A stretch of 64,000 bases of DNA from the human T2T-CHM13v2.0 reference genome, Homo sapiens: NCBI RefSeq assembly GCF_009914755.1, contig NC_060927.1; one strand, written 5' to 3'. The position numbers and the translations under genes are program-made. A model generated the notes under the pieces. It saw only the letters and a program-made list of their open reading frames with translations. It had not been told where the DNA came from and searched no databases. Position 1 is the stretch's first letter, and the number at the start of each line of letters is the position of its first letter. Shown piece after piece: positions 1-13,090 of this stretch.

Positions 1-1889
1 CTGTCCTCTGCCTATAGGCCTCTACTCATTTTGCTTCAACTTTGTTTATCTCATAAGCTCTTGCTTATTATTTATGCCTCAGTTCAAATGTTGTCTTCTC
101 TGACTTTTTAAAAAGAAATGTCTCCAGGAAATTTAAAGGATCCTTTTTCATGCTTTCAGGCATTCTTGTTCCCACCTCTGTTGCTATATTCAATGTGATG
201 TAAATATTTATGCCCTCACTTCTCCTCAAATCAGTTCAAAGACTAAAGTCTTTTTTTATTAACAATGCAAGCACCTACTATAACATCATGTGAATGGAGG
301 TGCTCCAATGTTGAATTCAGTGACTGAATGAACAAATATAGTGTTAATGAGCTCTTGCTATTCAAATAGCAAATATACAAAAATTAGAAGATCCAACTCA
401 ACTGCTTTACTGTTTATTGATTCAACTAACATGGATGATCACATTCAATGGCCCATGCATGGTGCTTGGTATTTCCCTCTACAGTATCTTGTTAAATCTT
501 CTTAGTGATCCATGGGAAGGCATAGGATTTATTTATCTGTACTTAACCTTATAGTTGAGGTAAAGACAGAACTCAGACCCGGATCTTCTGTCTTAATTCT
601 GTAAGTTCTTTCTTCACACTCTCATAGCCTTACTTCAGTAAAAATAACAACCATATCAGAGAAAATTCTTTTGGGACTCAGAAGAATGAATTGAGGCCAT
701 GTCCCATTACATTCTAGAAGAATATTTTTCAGGATTTATTTTATAAACATTTCAATAAAACATTTGCATGTGAAGCAGGTCTTAATAAACATTCATGTCC
801 TGACCAAACAATTTTCTTCTTCTGTTACGGGAACTTGAGCTATAAAGGCAAGAGGCATGAAAGAATATCAGCAAAGCACTTTATGACAACCATCCTGGTG
901 AGCCAGTAACTCAGAGAAAGGTAATTACAAGAATCATCAGAAAGTGTTCTCAGCCCTAATAAAAGCTTTTCCTTGGGGAAGCTCTTGCTGGTAGTTATTC
1001 ACACAAATTATTTCTCAGAAGCCCACAGCAGATTGCCTAGACCAATTTTCAATTAAACTTCACTGCTTTCAAAGTGGTGAAAGAGTGAAAGGCTTTTTTT
1101 TTTTTTTTTAAGAGAGCAGTTTTCTGCTAACAAATAACTATGTGCCATGGTATGAAATTTAATAGTAGTTGTGGCATTGTATAACAAAAAGTAAACTGCA
1201 GTATATGAACTTAACAAATTCTTGGTCTAGATGCTGCTAGCTTATTCTTTCCTAGAGGCGTCAAGCAGTGACAAATCATGAAAAAGGTACTACCTTGGCT
1301 CTTGATTCCATGGCAGACTGTAGAGGTATCTAAAGTAAGGCTAATCATCTTAGCAAGAATTATGAGTGAGGTTCTATTACGGTTTTCCCTGCATTTTTGT
1401 GTACTAGCATATTACTGGTGGATATTAATGTGAAACTTATTAATAATATCATAGCCAAAGACTCTATAAATATAATTGATATGCCTACTCTATATTTCCA
1501 TTGCTTATTTTGTATTTTGACCTTTAATGAGAGCTAATATATCACAAAAATATATTGATATGATTATCTCAAAAAGCTATAATTTCCTTGAGGGCAGGGA
1601 CTGTGATTTAATATTTTTTGTTTTATTAATATTTGAATGAATGAAATAATGGAATATGTATCATCACATTTTCGATCATGAATAATAAACATTTGCTTTT
1701 GCCAGCCTGGCATCATTTCCTTCTTCTTCTGGCAATGCCACTTCCATTATCCTATGGAAAATCACTCCTTCCTCACTCTCAATGCACATAGTATGGAAAT
1801 GGGATGGGGCGGGGTGGGGTGGAAAAATAACTTTAACATTAATCCCAGACATGGCAAAACTATATATTCCCTTCCTTTGGCTCAGTGAT

Positions 1890-2590
1890 TCACAGATAGG
1901 CATGTAAGTAAAATTGGTTCAAATGGAGTGAATCTTGGGACTTTTGCTGGGTTCACTGGAAAAGAGTTACTCTCTTTATTTTCAGATTGGCGAAATAATA
2001 GAACTAATCATAGAGTGCTTGGTGGTAATAACAGAACCACATGGAAGAAGAATAGTCAAGAATGAAGCCAGTGTAGAAGGATGTCTTAATCAGCTGGGGC
2101 TACATAACAAGACACTATAGAATGAGTGGCCCAAATTGCAGAAATTTCTTTCTCACAGTTCTGAAGGCTGGAAAATCTGAGATTAGGGTGCCCATATAGG
2201 GTTCAGGAAAGGGTCCACTTCCTGATTGACAGATGGCCACTTTCTTGCTGTATCCTGGCAAAAAGCAGAGAGGGAGAGCAAGCTCTCCTGAGTCTCTTCT
2301 TATAAGGGCACTAATTCCATCATAAGGGCTTTACTCCCACAAACTAATTACTTCCCAATGACCTCGTCTTCAAATACCGTCACACTGGGGATTAGGGTTT
2401 CAACATATACATTTTGGGGGAACACAAAATGCATACATAGTCTATAACAAAGAGAAGCAAAATTGGAAAAGAGAGACTCTAGATGAATGCAGCTGGGCAC
2501 CAATACCGGCTCTGCTTTAGGCTTCTCATTTATGTGAGCTAATAATTTCCCAATTACTTGACCAGTTTGACTTGAGTTTGTGTCGTTGAC
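1890..2590. mobile_element. Old MaLR LTR remnant (MLT1J/K-like), split by a younger MLT1A insertion
   Basis: MLT1-like text on both sides of 2082-2449, ending ...gtgagctaataatttccc...gaccagtttgacttgagtttgtgtc; very diverged, boundaries approximate. Confidence 0.45.
2082..2449 (-). mobile_element. MLT1A/MLT1A0 solo LTR (ERVL-MaLR)
   Basis: TGTCTTAATCAGC...tctcacagttctgaaggctgg...cttcttataagggcactaat...gggattagggtttcaacatat...gggggaacaca; TG...CA ends. Confidence 0.85.
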
Positions 2591-3769
2591 TCCTGTACTG
2601 TTTTTACTAAGGTTTAAAAAATCTTTCAGATTAGATTCCAATGACACCCTATGATGCTAGAATAGTCAGCATGGGCTAATTGGCCTCAGCCATTCTCCAA
2701 CACTCCCGAAATTTGGTATTTATCAAATGAATAAAGAAACAAACAAATGGATAACTAAGTTGATATATAGATAAATAGATGAAGGGATAATCTGCAAAAA
2801 GACGTGATTCACAGGCCTGAAAATAATTGATTATTTAGCCAAATGCTCCCGTATCCATCGTCCCGCACGGAGCTTTTGGAGGCCAGGTTATCTTCCTGTG
2901 TTCAACATGGCACTGAAATAGTTAATCAGCTTCTTGAACTACTTCAGAGGGTAACAATTCATGGGCCCAGCATATCTTGGTCAACAAGTCAAGTTACGTA
3001 TTTTACAGGCTAGAGAATGGAAGGTTGACATTTCCCAGGGTTTTTCTCATCTCCACTTTATAGGTTTGAGAAATAAGTCATTTTTGATGCTGAGTTTCCT
3101 CATCGATAAAGGGGAAAGATTTATCTGCTATATGCATAGCAAAGAAAAGAAGATTGAATAAGGCAGAACTTTTGGTGGTAAAGCTTCAGTGGTGGTTTTA
3201 TTTTTATTATTTTTGTATAAAATAATACTGGAGAACAAAATACTGGAGACTTTGGTGAAGAGCCTCAGGACTTTGCCTGCAAATTAGCTGTATATTCTAG
3301 GATACAATTACAAATCGTGGTATTTGTTTCACTACTTGAAAGGACTGGCTGAGGAGACATAATCAAGAGCTGAGGGAAGAAAATACAAGTCAGTTTAAAT
3401 GCGACAAGGGATTTTGGGTCAGTGAAGTCAATCAATCTTGCTTAGAGACGTAATTAATAGACGAGCCACAAGAAAAGGGAGGAAGATCTCTACATCAGTC
3501 AGCATAAATTTAGAAAACATTATATAATTTTAGAATTTAGAGCTACAAACATAGTCGGCTCCATTGGAATGTACCCAAAACAGGATTTGAATCTCACTCT
3601 TCTTATAACCCCCCATCACCTCCACCTTTTGGAAATTGAGAAAGACATAAAACCTTGGTTTTTGTAACATGGAAATAAAAATAATTTTTGCATCTTATCA
3701 TTGCTTAGTTGTTAAAATAAATTATATGATGAACATTGTTATGGTTAGCGTTAACTTAATTTAGTATCT

Positions 3770-3975
3770 AACATGGGCCAAGCACTGTCCTAAGTGGCCA
3801 GTGGATGGTCTCATTAAGTTCTCAGGAAAACCCAATGAAGTAGGGGTACTATTATTTATATTTTACAGGTAAGAAAAATAGAGTGGGCATGGGGTGTCAC
3901 ACAGTTCATGCACTTTGCCTAAGTTGCACAGCTAGGAAGTGACAAAACAGGTTTTTCACTGAAGTAGTCTACTCT
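3770..3975 (-). mobile_element. MIR SINE
   Basis: aagcactgtcctaag...attttacaggtaagaaaa...aagttgcacagctaggaagtg matches the antisense MIR core. Confidence 0.7.
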
Positions 3976-4579
3976 AGAATTCTGCCAGGATTTTAAGTTT
4001 CTCTGTATTGGTTTTCTCTCAGAACAGATAGCAAAAACTTAATATATGTATATAAGTTGACATCAAACCATGCGCACATTGACACTGTGGAAGATGAATG
4101 GGGTTACCCAAATGGGAATAAAATATAGCAGAGAGGTGACTTGTCCATGGCTTCATTTTCACAAATGTAGTGTTAATTCAAGATCTAGGTGCCTTGCTCT
4201 AGATCTAATGCTGGGTCTATTTTTTTTCCTCTATCCATGCTGGCTTCTTTCCCTATCTAAAATAGTAGCTCCCTTATCTCCTGCCTCTACAGTTTGAAGC
4301 AGAATGGTGAATGAATTTATGCAGCAGCATCTATGTAACATTCTCCAAGTTTCTTAAATTGTGATGCCTGCAGCAGGCACCACCTTAAATCATCAATTTA
4401 CTGAGATTTTGTCACATCCAGTAAGAAGAGCCTGAACTTTGGGCACTGACTTCCTGCCTACATGGACTCTGGTTCATACGATGCCTTTCCTACTGCATAA
4501 ATATTTAAAAGATGGCCTAGATAATCTTTTGTTGTATAACTTCTCGAGGTCCTGAAGTCTTTAAACTATTAAAGAGAAG

Positions 4580-4882
4580 ATTAAGAAGACAGAGGCAACC
4601 TTTACCAGATATTAAAACATAAAATAATAATACTTAAACTAGTATGGTAGGGCATAGGAATAGACAGATCAATGGAACAGAACTTGAAGCCCAGGTACAA
4701 ATACAGCAAATAATCTAGTATGTCGTAAAGGTACTTAAATCCATAGGGAAAAGATGACTTACTCAATAAATACTTTCAGGGGAAATAAGTAGCCATGTAA
4801 GACAATAAAATTGAAATCGTATCCTAAGTCTCATGCCTAGATAAATTCCAAAAATACCAAAATTTTAAATGTAAAAATTTAA
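4580..4882 (+). mobile_element. Ancient L1M (L1ME-like) ORF2 3' region, left part
   Basis: gaatagacagatcaatggaacagaa...tactcaataaa... decayed ORF2 text; resumes at about 9171 after the L1PA insertion. Confidence 0.7.
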
Positions 4883-4888
4883 GGAAGG

Positions 4889-4900
4889 GCCAAGATGGCT
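4889..4900 (+). promoter_or_regulatory. YY1 motif of the L1 internal promoter
   Basis: GCCAAGATGGCT at the extreme 5' end of the L1, the established position of the L1 YY1 site. Confidence 0.6.
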
Positions 4901-6291
4901 GATTAGAAGCAGCTGCAGTCCATGGCACTTACAGAGAGGAATGAAAGGAGCCAGTGAATTCAGCACCTTCAACTGAAATATCCAAGTTCTTGCATTGGGA
5001 ATGATTAGGCAAATAACTCAACCCGTGGAGAATGAAGAAAAGCAGGGTGGGGCAATGGCCCACCTGAGAGCTACATAAAGTGAAAGCAACCCCCACACCG
5101 AGCCAAGGGAAGCAGTGAGTGATTGTGCGACCCTGCCCAAGAAACCAGGCATCTCCCACAGATCTTTGCAGCCCACGGATCAGGACATCCCCTTGTGAGC
5201 CCACGCCACCAGGGCCTTCGGTCCCATACACGGAACTGTGTGGAGTCTTGGCAGAGCAGCCACTTAGGCACACATAGAGACCGAGGAGTTTTACATACTC
5301 CGGCTCTGGGATCTGCGGCAAGGTGGGAGATCCATGCGTACATATCTCTAGGAAGGGGGCTGAATCCGGGGAGCCAAAGAGCATCGTTCTGCAGGTCCCA
5401 CTTCCATGACACCTCACGGGTTAAGACCCACTAACTTGGAATTTCAGGCAGCCAAAGTCAACAGGCTGGAGTCTGCCGAGTCAGGACTAAATTCCTGAGG
5501 GGAGGGGCGGTTGCTATATCTGCAGGTTGGTAGACTGAGCCATTCCAGCCTGCCTGCCGGCTTTGAAGAATACAGATGATCTGGAATAAGAAGGGTCCCC
5601 GACAACATAATCCAGCTGCGTTGCCAGATTGCAGACAGGCTGCTTCTTTAAGTGGGACCCTGATCCATTCCTCTTCACTGGGCAGGACCTCCTTGTGGGG
5701 GCTTCAGCCACTCTAGCCAGGGTTCTACGGACAGAGCCCTGATCTCTTCCTGGGATGAAGCTCCTGGAGGGAGGGGTGACCACCATACCACTTGTTTGGT
5801 AGACTCAGCTGTTCCAGCCTGCAGGCTTTGGAGAACACAAATGGTTCAGATGAGGAAGGGTCGGTCCCTTACATTGCAGCACAACTGCTCTTCAAAAAAG
5901 CAGCCAGACTGATTCTTTAAGCAGGTCCCTGATCTCATTTCTGCTGATTGGGCAATACCTCCCAATAGGGCTCTCCAGCCACCTCTTATAGGTGCACTTG
6001 GGCTGGCAGCAGGTTGGTGGCTCCATGAGACAGAGCTTCCAGAGGAAGGAGTGGGCTACTATCTTTGCTGTTTCACAGACTTCACTGGTGATACTTCCAA
6101 GTACAGGAAAACCCAATGCAACTAGGGTCTGGAGCAGACCCCCAGCACACTGCAGCAACCCTACAGAAGAGTGGCCTGACTGTTAAAGAAAAACAAACAA
6201 GTAAACAGAAAACAACATCAAAAAAACCCCATTAAAAGCCCCATTCAAAGGTCAGCAACCTCAAAGATCAAATGTAGATAAGCCCACAAAA

Positions 6292-6858
6292 ATGAGAAAG
6301 AATCAATGCAAAAACACTTAAAATTCAAATAGCCAGAGTGCCTCTTTTCTTCCAAATGACCACAACACCTCTTCAGCAAGGGCACAGAACTGAGATAAGG
6401 CTGAGATGGATAAATTGACAGAAGTAGGCTTCAGAAGGTGGGTGATAATGAACTTTGCTGAGCTAAAGGAGCATGTTGTAACCCAATGCAAAGAAGCTAA
6501 GAATCATGATAAAACAGTACAGGAGCTGATAGCCAGAATAACCAGTTTAGAAAGGAAAATAACCAACCTGATGGAGCTGAAAAATACAACATGAAAACCT
6601 CACAATGCAGTCACAAGTATCAATAGCAGAATAGACCAAGTGAAGGAAATAATCTCAGAGCTTGAAGAATATCTTTCTGAAATAAGACAGGCAGATAAGA
6701 ATAGAGAAAAAAGAATAAAAAGGAATGAAGAAAAACTTAGAAAAATATGGAATTATATAAAGAGACCAAACCTACGACTGATTGGGGTATCTGAACAAGA
6801 TGGGGAGAATGGAACCAAGATGGAAAACATACTTCAGGATATCATCCAGGAGAACTAA
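6292..6858 (+). pseudogene. Decayed L1 ORF1p fragments
   Basis: ATGAGAAAGAATCAA start; ORFs 6406-6594 and 6640-6858 give coiled-coil and RRM-start motifs; stops and frameshifts present. Confidence 0.85.
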
Positions 6859-8870
6859 AGACAAAAACCATGTGATTATCTCAGTGGATGCAGAAAAGGC
6901 CTTCGATAAAGTTCAACATCCCTTCATGTTAAAAACTCTCAACAAACTAGGTATTGAAGGAACAATAAGAATCATCTATGACAAACCCACAGCCAATATC
7001 ATACTGAATGGGCAAAAGCTGGAAGCATTCCCCTTGAAACCTGGCACAAGACAAGGATGCCCTCTCTCACCACTCCTATTCAACATAGTATTGGAAGTTC
7101 TGGCCAGGGTAATCAGGTAAGAGAGAGCAAGAAAGAGTATTCAAATAGGAAGAGAGGAAGCCAAATTATCTTTGTTTGCAGATGACATGATCCTATATCT
7201 AGAAAATCCCACTGTCTCAGCCCTAAAGCTTCTTAAACTGATATGTAACTTCAGCAAAGTCTCAGGATACAAAATCAATGTGCAAATATTGTTAGCATTC
7301 CTACATACCAACAACTTGCAAGCAGAGAGCCAAATCATGAATGAACTCCCCCCATTCACAATTGCTACAAAAAGAATAAAATACCTAGAAATACAGCTAA
7401 CAAGGGATGTGAATAACCTCTTCAAGGAGAACTACAAACCACTGCTCAAAGAAATCAGAGAAGACGCAAACAAATGGAAAAACATTTCATGCTCATGGAT
7501 AGGAAGAACCAGTATTGTGAAAATGGCCATACTGCCCATAGTAATTTATAGATTCAATGCTATTCCTATCAAACTACCATTGACATTCTTCACAGAGTTA
7601 GAAAAAAACTATTTTAAAATTCATATGGAACCAAAAAAGAGCCTGTATAGCCAAGACAATCCTAAGCAAAAAAGAACAAAGCTGGAAGCATCACACTACC
7701 TGATTTCCAACTATACTACAAGGCTACAGTAGTCAAAATAGCATGGTACTGGTACCAGAACAGACAAATAGACCAATGGAATAGAATAGAGAACTCAGAA
7801 ATAAGACTGCACATCTACACTCATCTATTCTTGGGCAAACCTGACAAAAACAAGCACTGAAGAAAAGATTCCCTATTTAATAAATGGTGCTGGGAGAACT
7901 GGCTAGCCACATGCAGAAAATTGAAACTGGACCCCTTCTTTACACTATATACTAAAATCAACTCAGGATGGATTAAAGACAAAAATTAACTCAAGATGGA
8001 TTAAAGACTTAAATGTAAAACCCCAAACTATAAAAACTAGAAGAAAATCTAGGCAATACTGTTCAGGACATAGGCATGGGCAAAGATATCATGATGAAAA
8101 TGCCGAAAGCAATTGCAACCAAAGCACAAATTGATAAATGGGATCTAATTAAACTAAAGAGCTTCTGCACAGTAAAATAAACTATCATCAGAATGAACGG
8201 ACAATCTACAGAATGGGAGATAATTTTTCTGATCTTTTTATCTGACAAAGGCCTAATATCCAGAGTCTCCAAGGATCTTAAATGAACTTACAAGAAGAAA
8301 ACAAACCACCCCATTAAAAAGTGGGCAAAGGACATAAACAAACACTTCTCAAAAGAAGACATACATGCAACCAACATATGAAAAAAAGCTCAACATCACT
8401 GATCATTAGAGAAATGCAAATCAAAATCACAATGAGATACCATCTCACACTAGTCAGAATGGCTATTATTAAAAAGTAAAAAACAATAGATTCTGGTGAG
8501 GTTGCAGAGAAAAAGGAATGCTTTCACACTGATGGTAGAAGTGTAAATTCATTCAACCACTGTGAAAAACAGTATGGCGATTCCTCAAAGACCTAGAGGT
8601 AGAAACACCATTTGACCCAGCAATCCCATTACTAGGTGTATACTCAAAGGAATAGAAATCTTTCTATTATAAAGATTCATGCATACATATGTTCATTGCA
8701 GCACTATTCACAATAGCAAAGACATGGAATCAACATAAATGCCCACCAATGATAGACTGGATAAAGAAAAAGTGGTACATACACACCATGGATTACTATG
8801 AAGCCATAAAAAGGAATGAGATCATGTCCTTTGCAGGGACATGGATGGAATTGGAAGCCATTATCCTCAG
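6851..8870 (+). pseudogene. Decayed L1 ORF2p (RT core to C-terminus, endonuclease missing)
   Basis: ORFs 6782-7120, 7172-7732 and 8689-9129 carry RT motifs and the C-terminal [15 protein letters not shown]...IILSKL; several frameshifts. Confidence 0.88.
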
Positions 8871-9170
8871 CAAACTAATGCAAGGACAGACAACCAAACA
8901 CTGCCTGTTCTCACATATAAGTTGGATCCAAATGATGAGAACACATGGACACATGAGGAGAAAAAACTCACACTGGGGTTGTTGGAAGGGGTCCCAACAG
9001 GAAGCATCAGGAAGAATAGTATGGATTCTGGGCTTAATACCTAGGTGGCGGGATGATCTGTGCAGGAAACCACCACGGCACACATTTACCCATGTAACAA
9101 ACCTGCACATCCTGGACAAGTACCCCTGAACTTAAAATGAAAGTTGAAGATAATTTTTTTAAAAATTTAA

Positions 9171-10310
9171 ATGTTTAAGACGAGGAGAATGATCAAATAA
9201 TCCAAGATTGGGGAAGGCCTTTCTAGCTATGACATAAAACTCAAAAACCACAAAGATAAAGATTGATAAATTTACTTTCATCTATGTTTTAAATTGCAAA
9301 GATTGAACATATTCTAAGACAAATGACAAAATATGTAATAGGAAGATATTTGCAACTAAAGTAACAAATAAAGAGCCAGTTTTCCTAAAATATAAAACAC
9401 TTCCACAAATTAATTAAAAAAAGAAGGACACTAACCCAATTGGAATAAACAGACAAAGAATATGAATTGGGAGGTCACAAAAAGGGAAATATAAATAATA
9501 CTTTAATATAAAAGTGTTTGTCATCATTTACATGGTATTTATATTACATTTATATTATATGACAGATTTTTCACTTAGCAAAGAACAAAATTTTGATGAT
9601 GCACTGTGATGGTGAGAATGTGGGGAAACAGATACTGTCATTACATTGATGGTGTAAGTGTAAATTATCCTATGGAGGACAGCTTGGCAATATCCATCAA
9701 AATTACAAATGACATATATCCTTTGATCCAACAATTCCACTTGTAGGAATGTATCCTATACATGAGGGAATTGATATGGAGTTATCTATCTATCATCTAT
9801 CCTCTATCTATCGTAGTACTTTCATATGGTTAAAAATACAAAATATAAAAATGGTCAAGAGTGAAAAGGCTCCTTCCCTTCCATGTTCTCTGGCCACTCA
9901 GTTCCTTTCCCTATATTCAGTTCTCGTGTATTTTAACAAAAGCTGTCCATGTTATCTGACAGATATGAAGCTCTCAGTAAAGGCCATGACTTCAGTTCAT
10001 TTTGTCGCCCAGATAGTTTGATCTCCAAAATTGTCAGATGTCATATTATATATATAGTATATATATATATAAACTCCAATATATACTTAAGTGAAAAAAG
10101 CAAGGTGCAAGACAGGATATATGGGTATACCATCATATATAAAATATATTTAGAAAAACACATGAGAACTGAATATAGGGAAAGTTCTATACTGGCCAGA
10201 GAACATGGATGGAAAGGAAGCTTATCACACTTGACCATTTTTATATTTTGTATTTTTAACCATATGAAAGTGCTACCTTATCAACAAATAAAATGTAAAA
10301 TAAAAAAATA
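9171..10310 (+). mobile_element. Ancient L1ME 3' region, right part, interrupted by a complex insertion at about 9783-10065
   Basis: agcttggcaatatccatcaaaattacaaatg...acaattccacttgtaggaat; ttaagtgaaaaaagcaaggtgca; A-rich end near 10310. Confidence 0.75.
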
Positions 10311-11229
10311 AGCATTAATCCTCCATATATATGGCTACATTTAAAAATAGATTTTATATGAGTTTATGATTGATAAAACGTGTTAAGGGGAGTGCTGAAA
10401 TAATTTTAGAATAAATATGTTTTTCAGCAATGTTATTCGATAAGCACAGACCTCACCTTCTTTTTATCCTCTTAAATTCCTATTTAAGAGGTAAAAAAAG
10501 TACACAAATGAATTTTTTTAGCTGCCTCAGAAACCAAGGCTAAATATCACTATTTAGCCTTGAATAGGCATTTGAAAAACATCTATAAGGTAAAATAGTG
10601 ATTCGATTGATGGGAAAATGTGGGAGATCTATGGTCTTGTTCCTGGTAGCCAAACAGGAAAAAGCCCCATCTACATGGCACAGCTTTCTAAGAGACAAAG
10701 GTTTTCTGACCTGTATATGGAGAGCAAGGACAATCTGAGGGATTCTTTAGTGGTGTCTCTTTGGCTTCCCCTCATGTTATAGATTGGCTGCAATAAAAGT
10801 ACCTGGAAGGACCCCAACCTGGATCCAAGCAACAACTGTCACTTAACAGAGTTCCAGTTCAGTGAGGGGCCTTTCCTCAGGGATGCTGTCCGTGTTATCT
10901 TACAGATATGAAGCTCCGAGTAAAGGCCATGACTTTGGTTCATTTTACTGCCCAGATAGTTTGATCTCCAAAATGGTCAGATGTCAATATTTACATATTT
11001 TTAAATGTTATGCCACTGATCTGAAAGCAAAGCCCTCTTTGGAATTTTTGAGTTAAATTTAACTCTGATTTGACTTCAGGATCACTATGGACAGACACAA
11101 AACTTCCTCCTTATGGATTAGTAAACAAGGAAAATCATAGAACTTATAAAAAACTCTGTGGCTTGAGATACCGTGAAGACTTACAGGAAGACTTATAGGA
11201 GTTGACTCCCTCTGCAATAATAAAAGTAG

Positions 11230-11910
11230 TATATGTGGCCATTTATCTGACTGCTCTTAGCTTCATCTTGCCCTTTCAAGCTTTGCTATATATTACAGGG
11301 AAATGGAAGTCTGAAAGCTACCTTTCACAGACTCCCTTACTAGCATGGTTCTTCTGGGTAGGGTCTATCAGTGAAAAGCACTGTTGGAAATTAGACTGAA
11401 AGGCATGAGGAAGAGAGAAGTAATCTTTCTTCCTATTTTAGGTTTTTGGTGGCTTCTCCAGCAGTGACAGCTGCACAGGAAAAATGCAGGCTCCTGGGTT
11501 CTTCAGATGTAGTTTCAGCAGCAGTGCAACGTGAGTGCTCTATCATCCCCATCAACATAGTGCTCAGGTGCTCTGGCTCCGGCAGCAGCTGTATTAGAAG
11601 TATTTGAGATCCTGCAGCATCAGTGGAAATGTGAGTTCCAGGCTTCTGCCATAGAAGCAGCAACAGTGGTGATAATGGTGGTAGCAGATGCTCCTGTAGC
11701 CTTAGTGATGAAGTTATTGTGGGCACTATATACTCTTTCCCCATTTGTCCTTTAGCTTAAGTGGGCAGTGGCTTCCTGAGTTACTAATAATATCCTCCTT
11801 TTTAAAAAAATTATTTAACCCTACTATCGTTTTTGTAACCAATGTCCTATATTAAATTTCCATTGATTGAAAACCTAGCATAATTTCTTTTCCTTACTGA
11901 CTGACATACA
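11230..11910 (+). mobile_element. Old ERVL solo LTR (LTR33/LTR41-like)
   Basis: ttcacagactcccttactagc near start; end tgtaaccaatgtcctatattaaatttcc...ctgactgacataca typical of the group. Confidence 0.6.
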
Positions 11911-11989
11911 AAGCAGATTAATATTTAGGAGATTCATAATTTTTGGATTCAAGGAGATTGAAGATGTAAGAGAATGTACTTTTTTCAAA

Positions 11990-13090
11990 TCAGTTTGGGA
12001 TACCACAGAAAAGCAACCATGTAAAATAAAGAAGTGCTATGTGGAGATGAAAAATAATATTGCTATATTTTAAAGCACCATGAAAACTCAGCAGAAGAGC
12101 AAAATAAGGCACTAACTCATTACTCTGAAAACTGATCAAAAAGGTAAAGGATCAAGCATTTATTTTCCCTTTCCTGTATTTCAGGGTATTTCCGGTATTT
12201 CAGGGTAACCAAATAGCTATTGAAGGAATATTATTCTTTAATAAAATTATCATAGCTAATATATGCAGGACAAATGACAGAATTAGAAAATTGCAATTTT
12301 GCTATACCAATGGAATAATGGATCTAGGTTACAATCATCAGTGGCTGCTAACACCATTAAGTGAATGGTTAATGGAAAATTATAATGGACAGATCCCAGT
12401 TGACCACCTGAGCCCCCTAATTAATCTTAATATCACCAAAAGTAGACCAGATATTATGTGCACATAATGTAAAGCCACAGAAATTATACAGCACCTCTTA
12501 TAAAATATTCCTGAAAAAAGACTTTATCTAATTAAGCCTGCAAGTATAACTACTAATTCAAAGAAAAAAGAGAGACAGGAGAATATGCTAATTTACACAA
12601 AAAGAAAAATAAGCAAAATCCAGAATGTGGGAAGTTTTAATTGTTCCCCAAAATAAATGATATTGGAAGGAAATGGGGAGAACACACTAATAATCATTAA
12701 AACAGCAATCAATCATTGTAAAGTGTGGCCCTTATCAACAGGAAGAAGGTAGTTCTTGGGAGAACTACGGCAAATTAGACACAGACAAGTCATTAGATGA
12801 TATTAAACAATTATTGTTAATTGTGTTGGGTGTGATAATGTTGTTTTGTGTGTGTTTTAAGAAAAATCCCTTTTTCATAGGTATGAAGTCTTTATAGGAG
12901 AAATAATATAATGCATGAATTTGCTTTAAAATGCCCTAGTATCTCCTTTCTATTAAAAGAAGAAAAAAAGAGTTTTGTAATGGGTAGAGATTAAACAAGA
13001 ACAGCGGACTGGTTATAACTGTTGTAGTTGCGTGGACTAAATATGAGAACTCATTTTATTATTTTTTTGTATGACATTTCTTCTAATGAA
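11990..13090 (+). mobile_element. Ancient L1MC/L1ME 3'UTR
   Basis: cagggtaaccaaatag, atcttaatatcaccaaaagtagaccag, ttagatgatattaaacaattattgttaatt...tgtgataatg. Confidence 0.65.

Larger units (their letters stand above)
4883..9159 (+). mobile_element. L1PA12/13-like LINE-1 with intact 5' and 3' ends and a large internal ORF1-ORF2 deletion
   Basis: Starts GGAAGGGCCAAGATGGC; long 5'UTR; ORF1 remnants ([20 protein letters not shown]); ORF2 RT remnants ([23 protein letters not shown]); 3' end acccctgaacttaaaatgaaagttg; TSD taaaaatttaa at 4872-4882 and 9160-9170. Confidence 0.93.

Noticed and set aside
4181-4206. Short inverted repeat agatctag...ctagatct
   Set aside because: 8-bp arms are expected by chance in 64 kb.
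4929-6186. ORFs and internal repeated blocks (about 5520-5700 vs 5795-5975) in the L1 5'UTR
   Set aside because: GC-rich UTR gives chance ORFs, and internal duplications are, from recall, a normal feature of older L1PA 5'UTRs.
6406-9129. Active L1 or an ORF1-ORF2 fusion protein
   Set aside because: The junction is out of frame with an immediate TAA, and both ORFs are disrupted.
9949-11056. Two similar peptides (DRYEALSKGHDF / YRYEAPSKGHDF) suggesting duplicated exons
   Set aside because: Explained by the 102-bp DNA duplication; no splice sites or protein homology.
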